Shown: positions 39,402-48,441 of the stretch, piece by piece
How the letters are laid out: each line of letters begins with the position of its first letter
Position numbering within the stretch: position 1 is the stretch's first letter
NCBI GenBank assembly: GCA_037190965.1
Contig: JBBCKI010000026.1
Location: forward strand, 1-56,281
Origin: Chthoniobacteraceae bacterium
Lineage (GTDB): Bacteria; Verrucomicrobiota; Verrucomicrobiia; Chthoniobacterales; Chthoniobacteraceae
DNA: 56,281 nt
Direction: 5' to 3'
Program-made: the position numbers and the translations under genes
The notes under the pieces: generated by a model
The model's input: only the letters and a program-made list of their open reading frames with translations
Database searches by the model: none
Told to the model about the DNA's origin: nothing

Positions 39402-41300
39402 TTAATCATTGATTCTGTACACTTCTACGTCGTCAAACCAAACCGCATCTTCGGCCGCTTTTGGTCCACTTGCAATTAGTTGAACCACAAGGGTGTCCAT
39501 GCCCCGAGGAATCGCAACGACACCCTGGACCAGCACCCATTCTTCTCTGGTTCCGGACGGGGTGGCTCGAAGAAAAATATTATCAGAACGCGCCAGCAGA
39601 TAGTTTCCATCGCCCTTCTTCCAACGAATCCGAACTTTCCCTTCCGCGCTCCCCCGTTGGCGGACCCGGGCCCTGACGCCATAATAGCTCTTCGCTCCAC
39701 GAATGGGAATCTCCTGGGTGTAACTGCCCGCCACTTCCCCCGACAGGCGAACTGAGCCGTTGCCTAAATGGCCAACTGAAGCGTCGTGTTCGATCGAGCT
39801 TTCACCCTCAATTCGCGTTGACCATCCTTCGGTAACTGACGCCGTGAAATCGCCATTCTTCACGAGATTCTTCGCGAGATTCCGATCTCCTCCTTCCATC
39901 ATCTTGGCGAAGCGCTGATTGGCCTCCATCAAGTCTTGTTTGAATCGTAGGGCAGGGTCGACTCCGAAGCGCAGGGCGTCGGAAATTCCAGGAGCGATTT
40001 CCTCCCATGTCTGGGGATTGACTTTGCGGACTTGTGTGGGCCACCAACGATGCTTTTCACCCCATAGCCAGACATACTCATCCGTGTTCTCTATTGCAGA
40101 TCGGATGGACGCCTCCAGACGTCCAAGCCGGGGTAGTTTGCCGTCGGTTTGTTTTGCCGCTCTGGCATTCTCTGGAGCGGGGCCAACGTAATATCTCGAT
40201 CCCGGCTCATTAATGTAGGCATCCAGGTAGATCCCAAACCCGGCCTGCACCTGGCCACGGTATTTGAGCCGGTTCTCCGGTGCTACCAGCGCCAGTGCGG
40301 AATTGCGGACCCTATGTGCCCAAGTGATAAAATTGGTTTCGTCTGCAGAGGTATATGCCTGCTCCAGACCGTCAACCAGGGTCATCTCAGGCGGAATCGC
40401 ATCCAGCCATCCATTCAGGAATGCCGGTAGTAAGTTGTAACTCCCTCCTTCAATTCTTTCGAGCGGAGCCATGCGTTCCAGCACTTCCGATGGAGTCTGC
40501 GGCCCGGCGGGTATTGCCTCATTGCCATCAAGGTAAAAGTGCGAGGGATCTCCTCCATTTCCCTCCGTTCTGAAGAAAGGGGAGTAGGCATTCCCTCCAT
40601 TGAGAAACATGCAAAAGAGCGTCATCTCCGGATACTCTTCAGCCATCGCAGCCATTACCTCCCGGCCACGCTGACGAACTTTGGCTGCATACTCATCAAA
40701 GCTATGCTGAGTCCGCGCATCTTGCCGGTTATAACTGAATGCAGGGTTTGCAGTTCCCTCTTCGGGATTGAATAGGATTCCTTTGAGGCCCGCCTCCTTG
40801 GCAATCCATGCTACGATGCGGAAATGATCGGTCACTTGTTCCCAACCGGCATCGTCAAACCAGTCCAGCTTCGCGCTGGGGCCAACCGCAAGGAAGTTAT
40901 CTGTCAGCTTTTTGGACTTCGCCTTTCGAAGCTGCTGAATCTCCTCCATAAACCATTCACGCTTCCATGGCTTGTTATTAAACATTCGCCTTGGCCCGAC
41001 TCTGGTGCCATCTTCGTCCTTGATTTCGACAATAATTCGAACGCCATGGAAAGGCGTTTGCTCGATCTCTTTTAAGTGCTCCAGCAGCACCGAAGGGCTG
41101 GGCGAATCCCATCCTGCCGCGATGAGTTTTTTTTGTGGGTAGCTGTGTGGAATTCCTTCCTTTATGCTATCGGGAGATGATGCGAACCCTGTGGCGATGC
41201 AGTATGGACTGAAGGCAACGCTAGCGATCAAGGGGAGGAGATTCAAACGATGCGTTTTTTCTCTGAAGATCAGATTTCTCATGGGGGAAAGAATTGACAA
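39402..41300 (-). CDS. Secreted putative glycoside hydrolase (TIM-barrel-like) with C-terminal CBM4/9-like domain, paralog 2
   Basis: Same motifs as 36739-38496 (KKLIAAGWDSP, DWFDD, GILFNPEE, YVWLWGE..RWW, NLVKNGDF...VWFDDVEV). Confidence 0.75.
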   Translation of the reverse strand: MSILSPMRNLIFREKTHRLNLLPLIASVAFSPYCIATGFASSPDSIKEGIPHSYPQKKLIAAGWDSPSPSVLLEHLKEIEQTPFHGVRIIVEIKDEDGTRVGPRRMFNNKPWKREWFMEEIQQLRKAKSKKLTDNFLAVGPSAKLDWFDDAGWEQVTDHFRIVAWIAKEAGLKGILFNPEEGTANPAFSYNRQDARTQHSFDEYAAKVRQRGREVMAAMAEEYPEMTLFCMFLNGGNAYSPFFRTEGNGGDPSHFYLDGNEAIPAGPQTPSEVLERMAPLERIEGGSYNLLPAFLNGWLDAIPPEMTLVDGLEQAYTSADETNFITWAHRVRNSALALVAPENRLKYRGQVQAGFGIYLDAYINEPGSRYYVGPAPENARAAKQTDGKLPRLGRLEASIRSAIENTDEYVWLWGEKHRWWPTQVRKVNPQTWEEIAPGISDALRFGVDPALRFKQDLMEANQRFAKMMEGGDRNLAKNLVKNGDFTASVTEGWSTRIEGESSIEHDASVGHLGNGSVRLSGEVAGSYTQEIPIRGAKSYYGVRARVRQRGSAEGKVRIRWKKGDGNYLLARSDNIFLRATPSGTREEWVLVQGVVAIPRGMDTLVVQLIASGPKAAEDAVWFDDVEVYRIND

Positions 41301-41311
41301 TAGTGAATCTC

Positions 41312-43042
41312 CTATGCAGAGCTTCCGATGCGTCGCCGTTCTGTAATGGGAGGTAAGGGAAACGGTGCTTTCTTGGTTGCGGGTGCGAGGCTGTAGGTCA
41401 CATCAATGTGGGCATCATGCAGCGTTACAGGGGATTGAATGTCATCGGCGTCGCGGTCTTCTTTCTGCTCGATGCCGGTCGTCCCATTCCCCGGTTTCGC
41501 GGAGGAGAAGGTGGGGGACGCGTGGCCACCCTCGCCAGCGCCGCTCCTCCGGATAGTGATTTCGTTCGTTCCTTGGTTGAGGAGGTTTGGTTCTATGGGA
41601 AGAACCAGCCAATCATTGACGATCCCACTCTTCGATAAGGGGGCGTCGTTGAGGGTGACTTGGATCAACTGCGGGTCCGACAATGGGCGGATATCGAGGC
41701 GTAGCTGCACCGTTGCTTCCTTCCCTTGGAAGTCTGCTGCTTTGAGGTCCTCAGCGGTGTCGATTGAGATGCGGATCAACTCGCCGTCAGAGAGCATCTT
41801 TGGAGTATTCGGGGAAATGGGCGTTCCGCGATTGAAGGAGATATCACTGCTGAGAAAATTTCGACAGTCGCCGCTCCGAACCGTTGCGAAATAGCGCTTG
41901 TCGAGACCGACCAACGTTTCCGGGCTTCCAATTTCACGCCACCACGGAGCTGCGCCATCGAAAGCGTTGAAGAGGTAGACGCCGTTTGCTCCCGCGTGCC
42001 ATACATTGGCAGCCCGCGCCCGGTAGACCTCCTTGATTTTCCGATCTGACCAAGGTTTTGAATCTGCGGCGATACGTGATTCGCTCAGGCATGGATAGAC
42101 AGGGATGCTAAAGCGTTCTCCCAATGCTACAGTGTATGACCACGGATTGAGTCGGAAATAACAGGTTGTGCTGATGAAATCAACCAAGCCTTCGGAAAGC
42201 CATGTCTCGATGTCGAGTCCGATCTGATAGCAGTATTCCACCGAGTCTGGGATGCGTATGGAGAGCAAAAGCGGCACTCCTCTTTCCTCACCCCTCTCGT
42301 AAGTCATTCTCCGGATTTGGCGAATGAGTTCGGTCATCTGCGTACGGTCTTCATCGGTCGCCCTACCGCCACTCGCGGCGCTTTTGAAAAAGACGGGATG
42401 CCGAAAGAAGTCCAACTGCACCCCATCAATATCGTAGCGTTCCACGACTTCTTCAACGAAGAGGTATGTCATCCTTCTAATGCCCTCCTGACCAAAATCT
42501 ACGGAAGTCGGCTTACCGTGGACCTGATGGATGCCGCCGGAGGAGAGCAGCCATTCCGGATGCTCTTGCTTGAGTCTGGATACAAGCAGCGGATTACTGG
42601 CATCGTGCGTATCATTCATCCGCATGGTCCAGATTATTTCGATCGCGTTTGCCCTTGCGAACCCGACCATTAACTTTAGCGGGTCTGTTCCCTTTGCGAG
42701 GAGATTCGGCAGTGCGTTGTAGCGATACCGTCCTGCAGTAGTCAGGAAAGGCTCGCCCACTTTCGTATCGTGTGCGAAGGCTCCGAATGAACCAGCGGTG
42801 GTGTCATAGATGATGGTATCGACTTGCGACCCAATGAGCGGAGTCGCACGAAGGGCAAGGAGATCCTCTCCGGTTCGGAGCGGGCCTTGTGGAACGCGAG
42901 CTTCGCCGCCGTCATTGTTCTGAATGATCCGACGTTTCCGCCATTTTGCCTTCTCATGCAGCGCTGAAAAAGGAACTTCAGAGTCGGCGCTGCCGGGCAG
43001 CCTATTCGTAAGCTGGGACAAAACGGCTGAGTGCGTCTTCAT
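41312..43042 (-). CDS. Glycosyl hydrolase-like 10 (GHL10/DUF187-like) family protein
   Basis: RRIIQNNDG, MRMNDTHD, EHPEWL, YDIDGVQLDFFRHP, GANGVYLFN; start reassigned to ATG 43042 to avoid overlap with the upstream gene. Confidence 0.75.
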   Translation of the reverse strand: MKTHSAVLSQLTNRLPGSADSEVPFSALHEKAKWRKRRIIQNNDGGEARVPQGPLRTGEDLLALRATPLIGSQVDTIIYDTTAGSFGAFAHDTKVGEPFLTTAGRYRYNALPNLLAKGTDPLKLMVGFARANAIEIIWTMRMNDTHDASNPLLVSRLKQEHPEWLLSSGGIHQVHGKPTSVDFGQEGIRRMTYLFVEEVVERYDIDGVQLDFFRHPVFFKSAASGGRATDEDRTQMTELIRQIRRMTYERGEERGVPLLLSIRIPDSVEYCYQIGLDIETWLSEGLVDFISTTCYFRLNPWSYTVALGERFSIPVYPCLSESRIAADSKPWSDRKIKEVYRARAANVWHAGANGVYLFNAFDGAAPWWREIGSPETLVGLDKRYFATVRSGDCRNFLSSDISFNRGTPISPNTPKMLSDGELIRISIDTAEDLKAADFQGKEATVQLRLDIRPLSDPQLIQVTLNDAPLSKSGIVNDWLVLPIEPNLLNQGTNEITIRRSGAGEGGHASPTFSSAKPGNGTTGIEQKEDRDADDIQSPVTLHDAHIDVTYSLAPATKKAPFPLPPITERRRIGSSA

Positions 43043-43067
43043 TATCAGCAAATGGGCTTGGCGAATT

Positions 43068-43862
43068 TCAGTTTCCCGTTTTCCGGGAGATATAGCGGGA
43101 GAGCCCGCCGAACCCGAACAATCCCGTAAGGACCAGCGCAACGGACGACGGTTCGGGCACCGCATCGTAGGTTATCTTGAGATTGAGGAGATCGACATTG
43201 GGGCCATCGGAGACGCTGCGGGCGCGCAGGTTTGTAAGGCTGGTAAGGAGATTTCTCCAGACGAGGCCTCCTGCGACCAGTTCCCCATTATGGTAGAGGT
43301 CAAACGTCCCTGCGTTTTCCCCGCTCAGACTGGCCGTAATCGAGAAGGTATTGACCTGGTCCACCGTGAAGCTGATATCATTGATCGTTACAAATTTTGA
43401 TCCGTTGTAATACGAGATTTCATTATCGGCGTTATGGCCAAATCGGAGCTGCGGGCCGATATTCCCATTTGCGGTTCCATTGCCTAGTACTATTTCGAAA
43501 GCACTTCTTTCAACGTGAGGGATGAAGGAAAACTCAATGGTAATTGTGCCGGAGGTATAGGTATTGGAGAAGTTGTAGTAATTGGTGCCTGTGCCGCTCA
43601 TCCTGATTCCCCTCGTTTCGTCACTCAAGTCCATTGCTCTTGCCGTGCCAGTGAAAGACCACGCACCACTTCCATCAGGAACGCTTCCCATAGCCTTGCC
43701 GGCGGGATAGAGGGTGGTGTTGGAAAAATTCGTCTCAAGCAGGACCGCGGCTTCGGCGGTAGACGACAAAGAGGAACCGCTAGCACATATAAAGGCAAAC
43801 GCTGCCGATAGCATTGCTTTGACGAAGGGAAAACGATTGGGGCGAGCGAGGAGCAATTTCAT
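43068..43862 (-). CDS. PEP-CTERM sorting domain protein (beta-sandwich)
   Basis: Signal peptide (AEA-A), GTFDLYHNG, VPEPSSVAL-TM-RYISRK. Confidence 0.88.
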   Translation of the reverse strand: MKLLLARPNRFPFVKAMLSAAFAFICASGSSLSSTAEAAVLLETNFSNTTLYPAGKAMGSVPDGSGAWSFTGTARAMDLSDETRGIRMSGTGTNYYNFSNTYTSGTITIEFSFIPHVERSAFEIVLGNGTANGNIGPQLRFGHNADNEISYYNGSKFVTINDISFTVDQVNTFSITASLSGENAGTFDLYHNGELVAGGLVWRNLLTSLTNLRARSVSDGPNVDLLNLKITYDAVPEPSSVALVLTGLFGFGGLSRYISRKTGN

Positions 43863-43950
43863 GATGGGGGATGGATTGGATGGGGTGGGTTGAAGGGGAA
43901 TAGCTGTTTGTTTTGCCTAAAGACGCTGAGCCTCCGGGCTGGAACGGCGT

Positions 43951-44673
43951 TCAATGTTGAATACCATTGCCTTCGCGGAGAAAGGCTTCTGAAACAATGG
44001 AGCGCGTAGCACTGGTGGCGGCGCGCTTCATCTGGAATCGGATCTGGTCCTGAACGACATCAGGATCTCCTTTCCGAATGCATTCTACGATCGTGCGGTG
44101 ATTCGCAATCACTTCGCTCATATGCTTTTGAATCCACTCTTCACCGGGATTGGGGCGAACCTTCCGCGCAGGATGCAGGTAGAAGACATAATGGCATTCT
44201 TCGATAAGAAGTTCGAAACTTTCGACAAGACGCAGGTTGTGACTCGCTGCCACCATTGTCTGATGGAACATCCGGTCGAGATTTGCCCAAGCCGCGGAGC
44301 CATAGTGCCCGATCTCTGCTTCCATCTGGTCGCAAATCATTTCCATTTTGAGCAACTCCGCCTGTGTTGCATTGCGGCAGGCTGAGCGCCCGCTAGCCAC
44401 TTCCAGCGCTTCACGGAGTTCATAAAGCTGAAATATATCGTCGGCGGAGTAGTTCCTCGTTCTGACGCTACGGTTCTTGTCGCCGCGTACCAGGATGCCC
44501 CGCGCGATGAGTCTGCTGATCACTTCCCGTACAGGCACGCGACTCATGCCTAGATCCCGCGCCAAGTCCCTCTCTGTGATTTTCGATCCCGGCAGCAGTT
44601 CGCCCGAAAAAAGAATCTGCAGCACCCGTTTTTCAAGCGGTTGCGCCTTATCGCGTTCAATGGTCGTTGACAT
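43951..44673 (-). CDS. GntR family (FadR/FCD) transcriptional regulator
   Basis: LLPGSKITERDLARDLGMSRVPVREV wHTH; YELREALE, DRMFH..M..ASHN FCD domain. Confidence 0.92.
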   Translation of the reverse strand: MSTTIERDKAQPLEKRVLQILFSGELLPGSKITERDLARDLGMSRVPVREVISRLIARGILVRGDKNRSVRTRNYSADDIFQLYELREALEVASGRSACRNATQAELLKMEMICDQMEAEIGHYGSAAWANLDRMFHQTMVAASHNLRLVESFELLIEECHYVFYLHPARKVRPNPGEEWIQKHMSEVIANHRTIVECIRKGDPDVVQDQIRFQMKRAATSATRSIVSEAFLREGNGIQH

Positions 44674-44691
44674 CTGATTTATCGAACCAAA

Positions 44692-44705
44692 TTTGGAATA
44701 CCAAA
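44692..44705. promoter_or_regulatory. Putative GntR/FadR operator (TGGnATACCA type)
   Basis: tttggaataccaaa palindrome between divergent gntR and dapA-like genes; related sites at 44718-44725 (ataccaaa) and 44770-44779 (tggcattcca). Confidence 0.65.
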
Positions 44706-44779
44706 GTCAAATAGATTATACCAAAATTTTGAGATTCTTCTTGAATGGCTGATATTACTAGGCAAGAAATGGCATTCCA

Positions 44780-45733
44780 ATGGCACAAATTATCGAACAC
44801 GAATTAATACCGGCCGTTCTGACGCCCTGCTCGCACCCGGGAAAAATCGACCCGGAATCCATGCGAACGCTCTGCCGTTTCCTTTACAAGGAGGGCGCTA
44901 CCGGATTGTTTGTGATCAGTTCCACTGGAGAAATGCCTCTGCTGGGCGAGTTGGACCGCATGGCGTTGATTGAAATTGCGAGGCAGGAGTCTGCCACACC
45001 CCATTTGCTGTATGTCGGAGTCAGTGGAACGGGGATCTCTCAGGTCCTTGAACATATCCGCCACGCCGCCGAAGCCGGAGGGCAGGTCGCGGTCGTCATG
45101 ACTCCGTTCTTCCTGAAGCTGGATCAGGAGCAGCTTTATCAATATGCCCTGGAGATTGCGGATCGCAGCCCGATTCCCATCGCGCTCTATCACCATCTCC
45201 GGATGCCGACTCCTATTGAAGAAGGTACGGTTCTGCGCCTTTCCGCGCATCCCAACATCGTGGGATTTAAGGAAACGAGCGGGGATGCGTCGCGATTGGG
45301 TAATCTCGCAAGGGCATTGGACGGTAGCGACTTCAAGCTTTTTCAGGGTAGCGAACCGTTGGTTCTCTCTACGCTTCAGCAGGGAGGGCGGGGCTGTGTT
45401 ACCGCGCTTGCCAATCTTTGCCCTGGTTTGCATCGCAGGCTTATCGATGCTTTTGAGGCGGGACTTACGGACAAAGCAGAAAAGCTCCAGCAGCAGTTGA
45501 CGGCGTTATGGCACATTTTCAAAATGCCGGAAGTCCAACGTTCTTTTGGTCATTTTGTCCAAACGCTCAAGATTCCGCTCTCTGAAGCGGGTGTCATCCG
45601 ATCTTCCGCGACCATGCTCCCCGCATTCTCCACGGATCCTGCCTTTCAACGTGATGTTCTCGCGTTTTATTGCGACTGGCTCGATTCTCCGAATTTCGAA
45701 GCGGCTATTGAAGCCTCTCTCGAGAGAGATTAA
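44780..45733 (+). CDS. DapA/NanA-family class I aldolase/lyase
   Basis: PAVLTP, SSTGE, LYH, HPNIVGFKETSGD (Schiff-base Lys), TALANL.P. Confidence 0.88.
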   Translation: MAQIIEHELIPAVLTPCSHPGKIDPESMRTLCRFLYKEGATGLFVISSTGEMPLLGELDRMALIEIARQESATPHLLYVGVSGTGISQVLEHIRHAAEAGGQVAVVMTPFFLKLDQEQLYQYALEIADRSPIPIALYHHLRMPTPIEEGTVLRLSAHPNIVGFKETSGDASRLGNLARALDGSDFKLFQGSEPLVLSTLQQGGRGCVTALANLCPGLHRRLIDAFEAGLTDKAEKLQQQLTALWHIFKMPEVQRSFGHFVQTLKIPLSEAGVIRSSATMLPAFSTDPAFQRDVLAFYCDWLDSPNFEAAIEASLERD

Positions 45734-45904
45734 CAGGAACGGCATTCGCTTTCCGGATTTGAGGGTCGAAACCGCCGTCTGTGCAAATCTCATTTCGGAG
45801 GGTGATAAGAAATTCTTTAAACGGGATGATTAAACCGGCAAACATCGACTCGCCCCTTGCATCTGGCTTATCAGGGAAATTCGTTTCCTTTGATCGATAA
45901 GGCC

Positions 45905-46951
45905 GTGAAGAACACTTCTGCTGAGATTCCAACATTGGTGCGCATCAAGCCTGGGGCGCTTGATCGTGTCGGCTTGTACGCTCGGCGCCTCGATTTTCGA
46001 AAAGTGGTTCTCCTTTTGAGCACCGGGCTGCCGGCCACTATCGTACAACGCAGCAAGGCAGCTTTGGGCGGGGAAGAAATCGACGTTATTCAAGAGACCG
46101 AGGTTCCATCGTCCAGCATTGAACACGCGCAAAAAATTTTTCAGGATCTGCCTTACTCAACAGATGCCGTCATTGGGCTCGGGGGAGGCAAAGCGTTGGA
46201 TGTCGCGAAGTACGTGAGCTTTTTGGCGCGAATCCCATACATCGCCGCGCCGACATCGCTTTCCAACGATGGCTTTTGCAGCCCGCAATCGAGCCTCGAA
46301 GTGTATGGCAAGCGGCGCTCTTTGCCATCCGCAATGCCCTACGGAGTCGTGGTGGATACGGAAGTTTGTCTCAGTGCTCCCCATGTTCTCTGGTGCGCTG
46401 GAATTGGAGATTCCGTGGCTAAAATCACGGCTGTGTACGACTGGAAGCTGGCCTTCCGGGCGCGCGGCACGCCGGTCAACGACTTTGCCGCGCTCCTCTC
46501 CGACGCAACTGTCTTCAAGCTCATTGCCAGTCCACAAAAAGACCTGGACGGGATCAGGCTGTTGGCGACCACGCTGATGCTGAACGGCGTAGCGATGGAA
46601 ATCAGCGGTTCTTCCCGCCCGGCCAGCGGCAGCGAACACCTGATTTCCCACGCCCTGGATCTCATTAACTCCAAGCCGAGACTTCATGGACTGCAAGTCG
46701 GCGTCGCCACTTACCTGGTCAGCCGGTTGCAGAATTACGGCACGGATCGGATCACGGCGCTATTCGATGCGACTGGCTTTTGGGACCAAGTGCGCCTCGA
46801 CCCTTTTTTTCGACAGGAATGGGAAGAAGCGTTTCGCTTGGCCCCGAGCATAAAGCCTGATTTTTACACGATCTTATCGGAACGAGATTACACCGGCGAA
46901 TTGAGTCGAATCCTACGTGACGATTCGCGTTTAACAGGGCTTTTTATATGA
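45905..46951 (+). CDS. Glycerol-1-phosphate dehydrogenase-like iron/zinc-containing alcohol dehydrogenase
   Basis: GGGKALDVAKY, PTSLSNDGFCSP, SRPASGSEHLISHALD, LHGLQVG; GTG 45905 likely start (ORF from 45857). Confidence 0.85.
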   Translation: MKNTSAEIPTLVRIKPGALDRVGLYARRLDFRKVVLLLSTGLPATIVQRSKAALGGEEIDVIQETEVPSSSIEHAQKIFQDLPYSTDAVIGLGGGKALDVAKYVSFLARIPYIAAPTSLSNDGFCSPQSSLEVYGKRRSLPSAMPYGVVVDTEVCLSAPHVLWCAGIGDSVAKITAVYDWKLAFRARGTPVNDFAALLSDATVFKLIASPQKDLDGIRLLATTLMLNGVAMEISGSSRPASGSEHLISHALDLINSKPRLHGLQVGVATYLVSRLQNYGTDRITALFDATGFWDQVRLDPFFRQEWEEAFRLAPSIKPDFYTILSERDYTGELSRILRDDSRLTGLFI

Positions 46952-47126
46952 CCCGCCCTAATAAGGAACCACTGATTAAAGCGAGCCATGCCGCAAGCTG
47001 GTCATTTTGGCGTCTTCCCAACCCGATTTTTTCCTCACCTATCTTCAGACAGGCTGCGGAAAATCGGCTTGGAAATCCATCCAAACTGCCTGCGCTTTCG
47101 TCATGCTCCATTTAATCAGCGATTCC

Positions 47127-48278
47127 CTAAAACAGCGTCAGCTGCTCCCCCGGGCGGCGGAAGGCCGCAGTGGAGAGGGACGGACGCGGACGGTCGAGCC
47201 CTGCTTTGCGGGCGGCGGCCGAGAAAATCTTGCGGATCATTTCAGCGTGGATGCCCTCTCCGCGCATCCGGGAGCCGAAGCGCGAATCGTTGAGTTTTCC
47301 GCCGCGCATGTCGCGAACCCGTTCCAGGATCTTCGTCTTGCTCCCAGGAAAATGCTCCTCCAGCCACCGCTCAAAAATGGGGCCTACGCCGAGGGGCAGG
47401 CGGATGACCACATAGCCCGCCCCGGAAGCGCCTGCTTCCGCCACTGCTTCGAGGATCGCCGGGATTTCGTGATCGTTGAGGCCGGGAATGACCGGCGCAA
47501 CCATCGCCCGCACGGGGATGCCCGCGGCGCTTAATTCCCGGATCGCGGCAAGCCGTCGCGAGGGTGGCGACGCGCGCGGTTCGAGCATCCGCGCCAGCGC
47601 GGGGTCGAGTGTGGTCACGGAGAGGTTCACCGCCGCCGCATGATGCGAGGCGAGTGCCGAGAGAAGATCGACGTCGCGGGTGACGAGATGGTTCTTGGTG
47701 ATGATCTCGACGGGGTTGCGAAATTCCGCGAGGACGCCGAGGCAGCGCCGCGTGATCTCAAGGCGGCGTTCCACCGGTTGGTAACAGTCCGTGACGCCGC
47801 TCATTACCAGCCTTTGCGGCTCCCAGCGGAGGGAAGCGAGTGCTTCTCGGAGCAACTCCGGGGCGTTTTGCTTGACGAGAATGCGCGATTCAAAATCGAG
47901 TCCTGCCGACCAACCCAGGTATTCGTGAGTCGGCCGGGCGTAACAATACGAACACCCATGCTCGCACCCCCGGTACGGGTTTACGCTGACTTCAAAACCG
48001 ACATCCGGCGATTCATTGCGCGAAAGAATTGACTGCGTGTCATCCCGGAAAAATTCCGTGCGCGGGGCGGGCGTGGGATCGTCGTATTCCCCCGGCGGAT
48101 CGGGCGTGTATTCGAGCTTTTCGAAGCGGTTCTTCGGATTCCATGCCGTGCCTCTTCCGCTTTTCGCCGGAGCGCGGGCGGGTAGGTTGGGATCAGGTTC
48201 TTCCACGGCAGTGAGAGCATCGCCGCGAAAGAGGCGCGATGCAATGGCGGGATTCAGGAATCCAGGGCGGAGTTCCAC
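47127..48278 (-). CDS. PA0069-family radical SAM protein
   Basis: NPYRGCEHGCSYCYARPTHEY (CxxxCxxC), TDCYQPVER, LEPRAS, PVIPGLND, FGSRMRGEG; true start probably slightly downstream. Confidence 0.93.
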   Translation of the reverse strand: MELRPGFLNPAIASRLFRGDALTAVEEPDPNLPARAPAKSGRGTAWNPKNRFEKLEYTPDPPGEYDDPTPAPRTEFFRDDTQSILSRNESPDVGFEVSVNPYRGCEHGCSYCYARPTHEYLGWSAGLDFESRILVKQNAPELLREALASLRWEPQRLVMSGVTDCYQPVERRLEITRRCLGVLAEFRNPVEIITKNHLVTRDVDLLSALASHHAAAVNLSVTTLDPALARMLEPRASPPSRRLAAIRELSAAGIPVRAMVAPVIPGLNDHEIPAILEAVAEAGASGAGYVVIRLPLGVGPIFERWLEEHFPGSKTKILERVRDMRGGKLNDSRFGSRMRGEGIHAEMIRKIFSAAARKAGLDRPRPSLSTAAFRRPGEQLTLF

Positions 48279-48441
48279 GACGCCCTAGGTTATGTCCACG
48301 AATTAGAGGGTAGGCTCGCACCTATTGTGTGTCTAAAAAATCGAGGTCGGCAGGATTCTTTTGTGCTGTGCACCAATTTGACCTCCAATCCAGGGTTCGC
48401 CACCGAAGCACGATGGGAACGCTGCTGGCGGATCATTGTTT

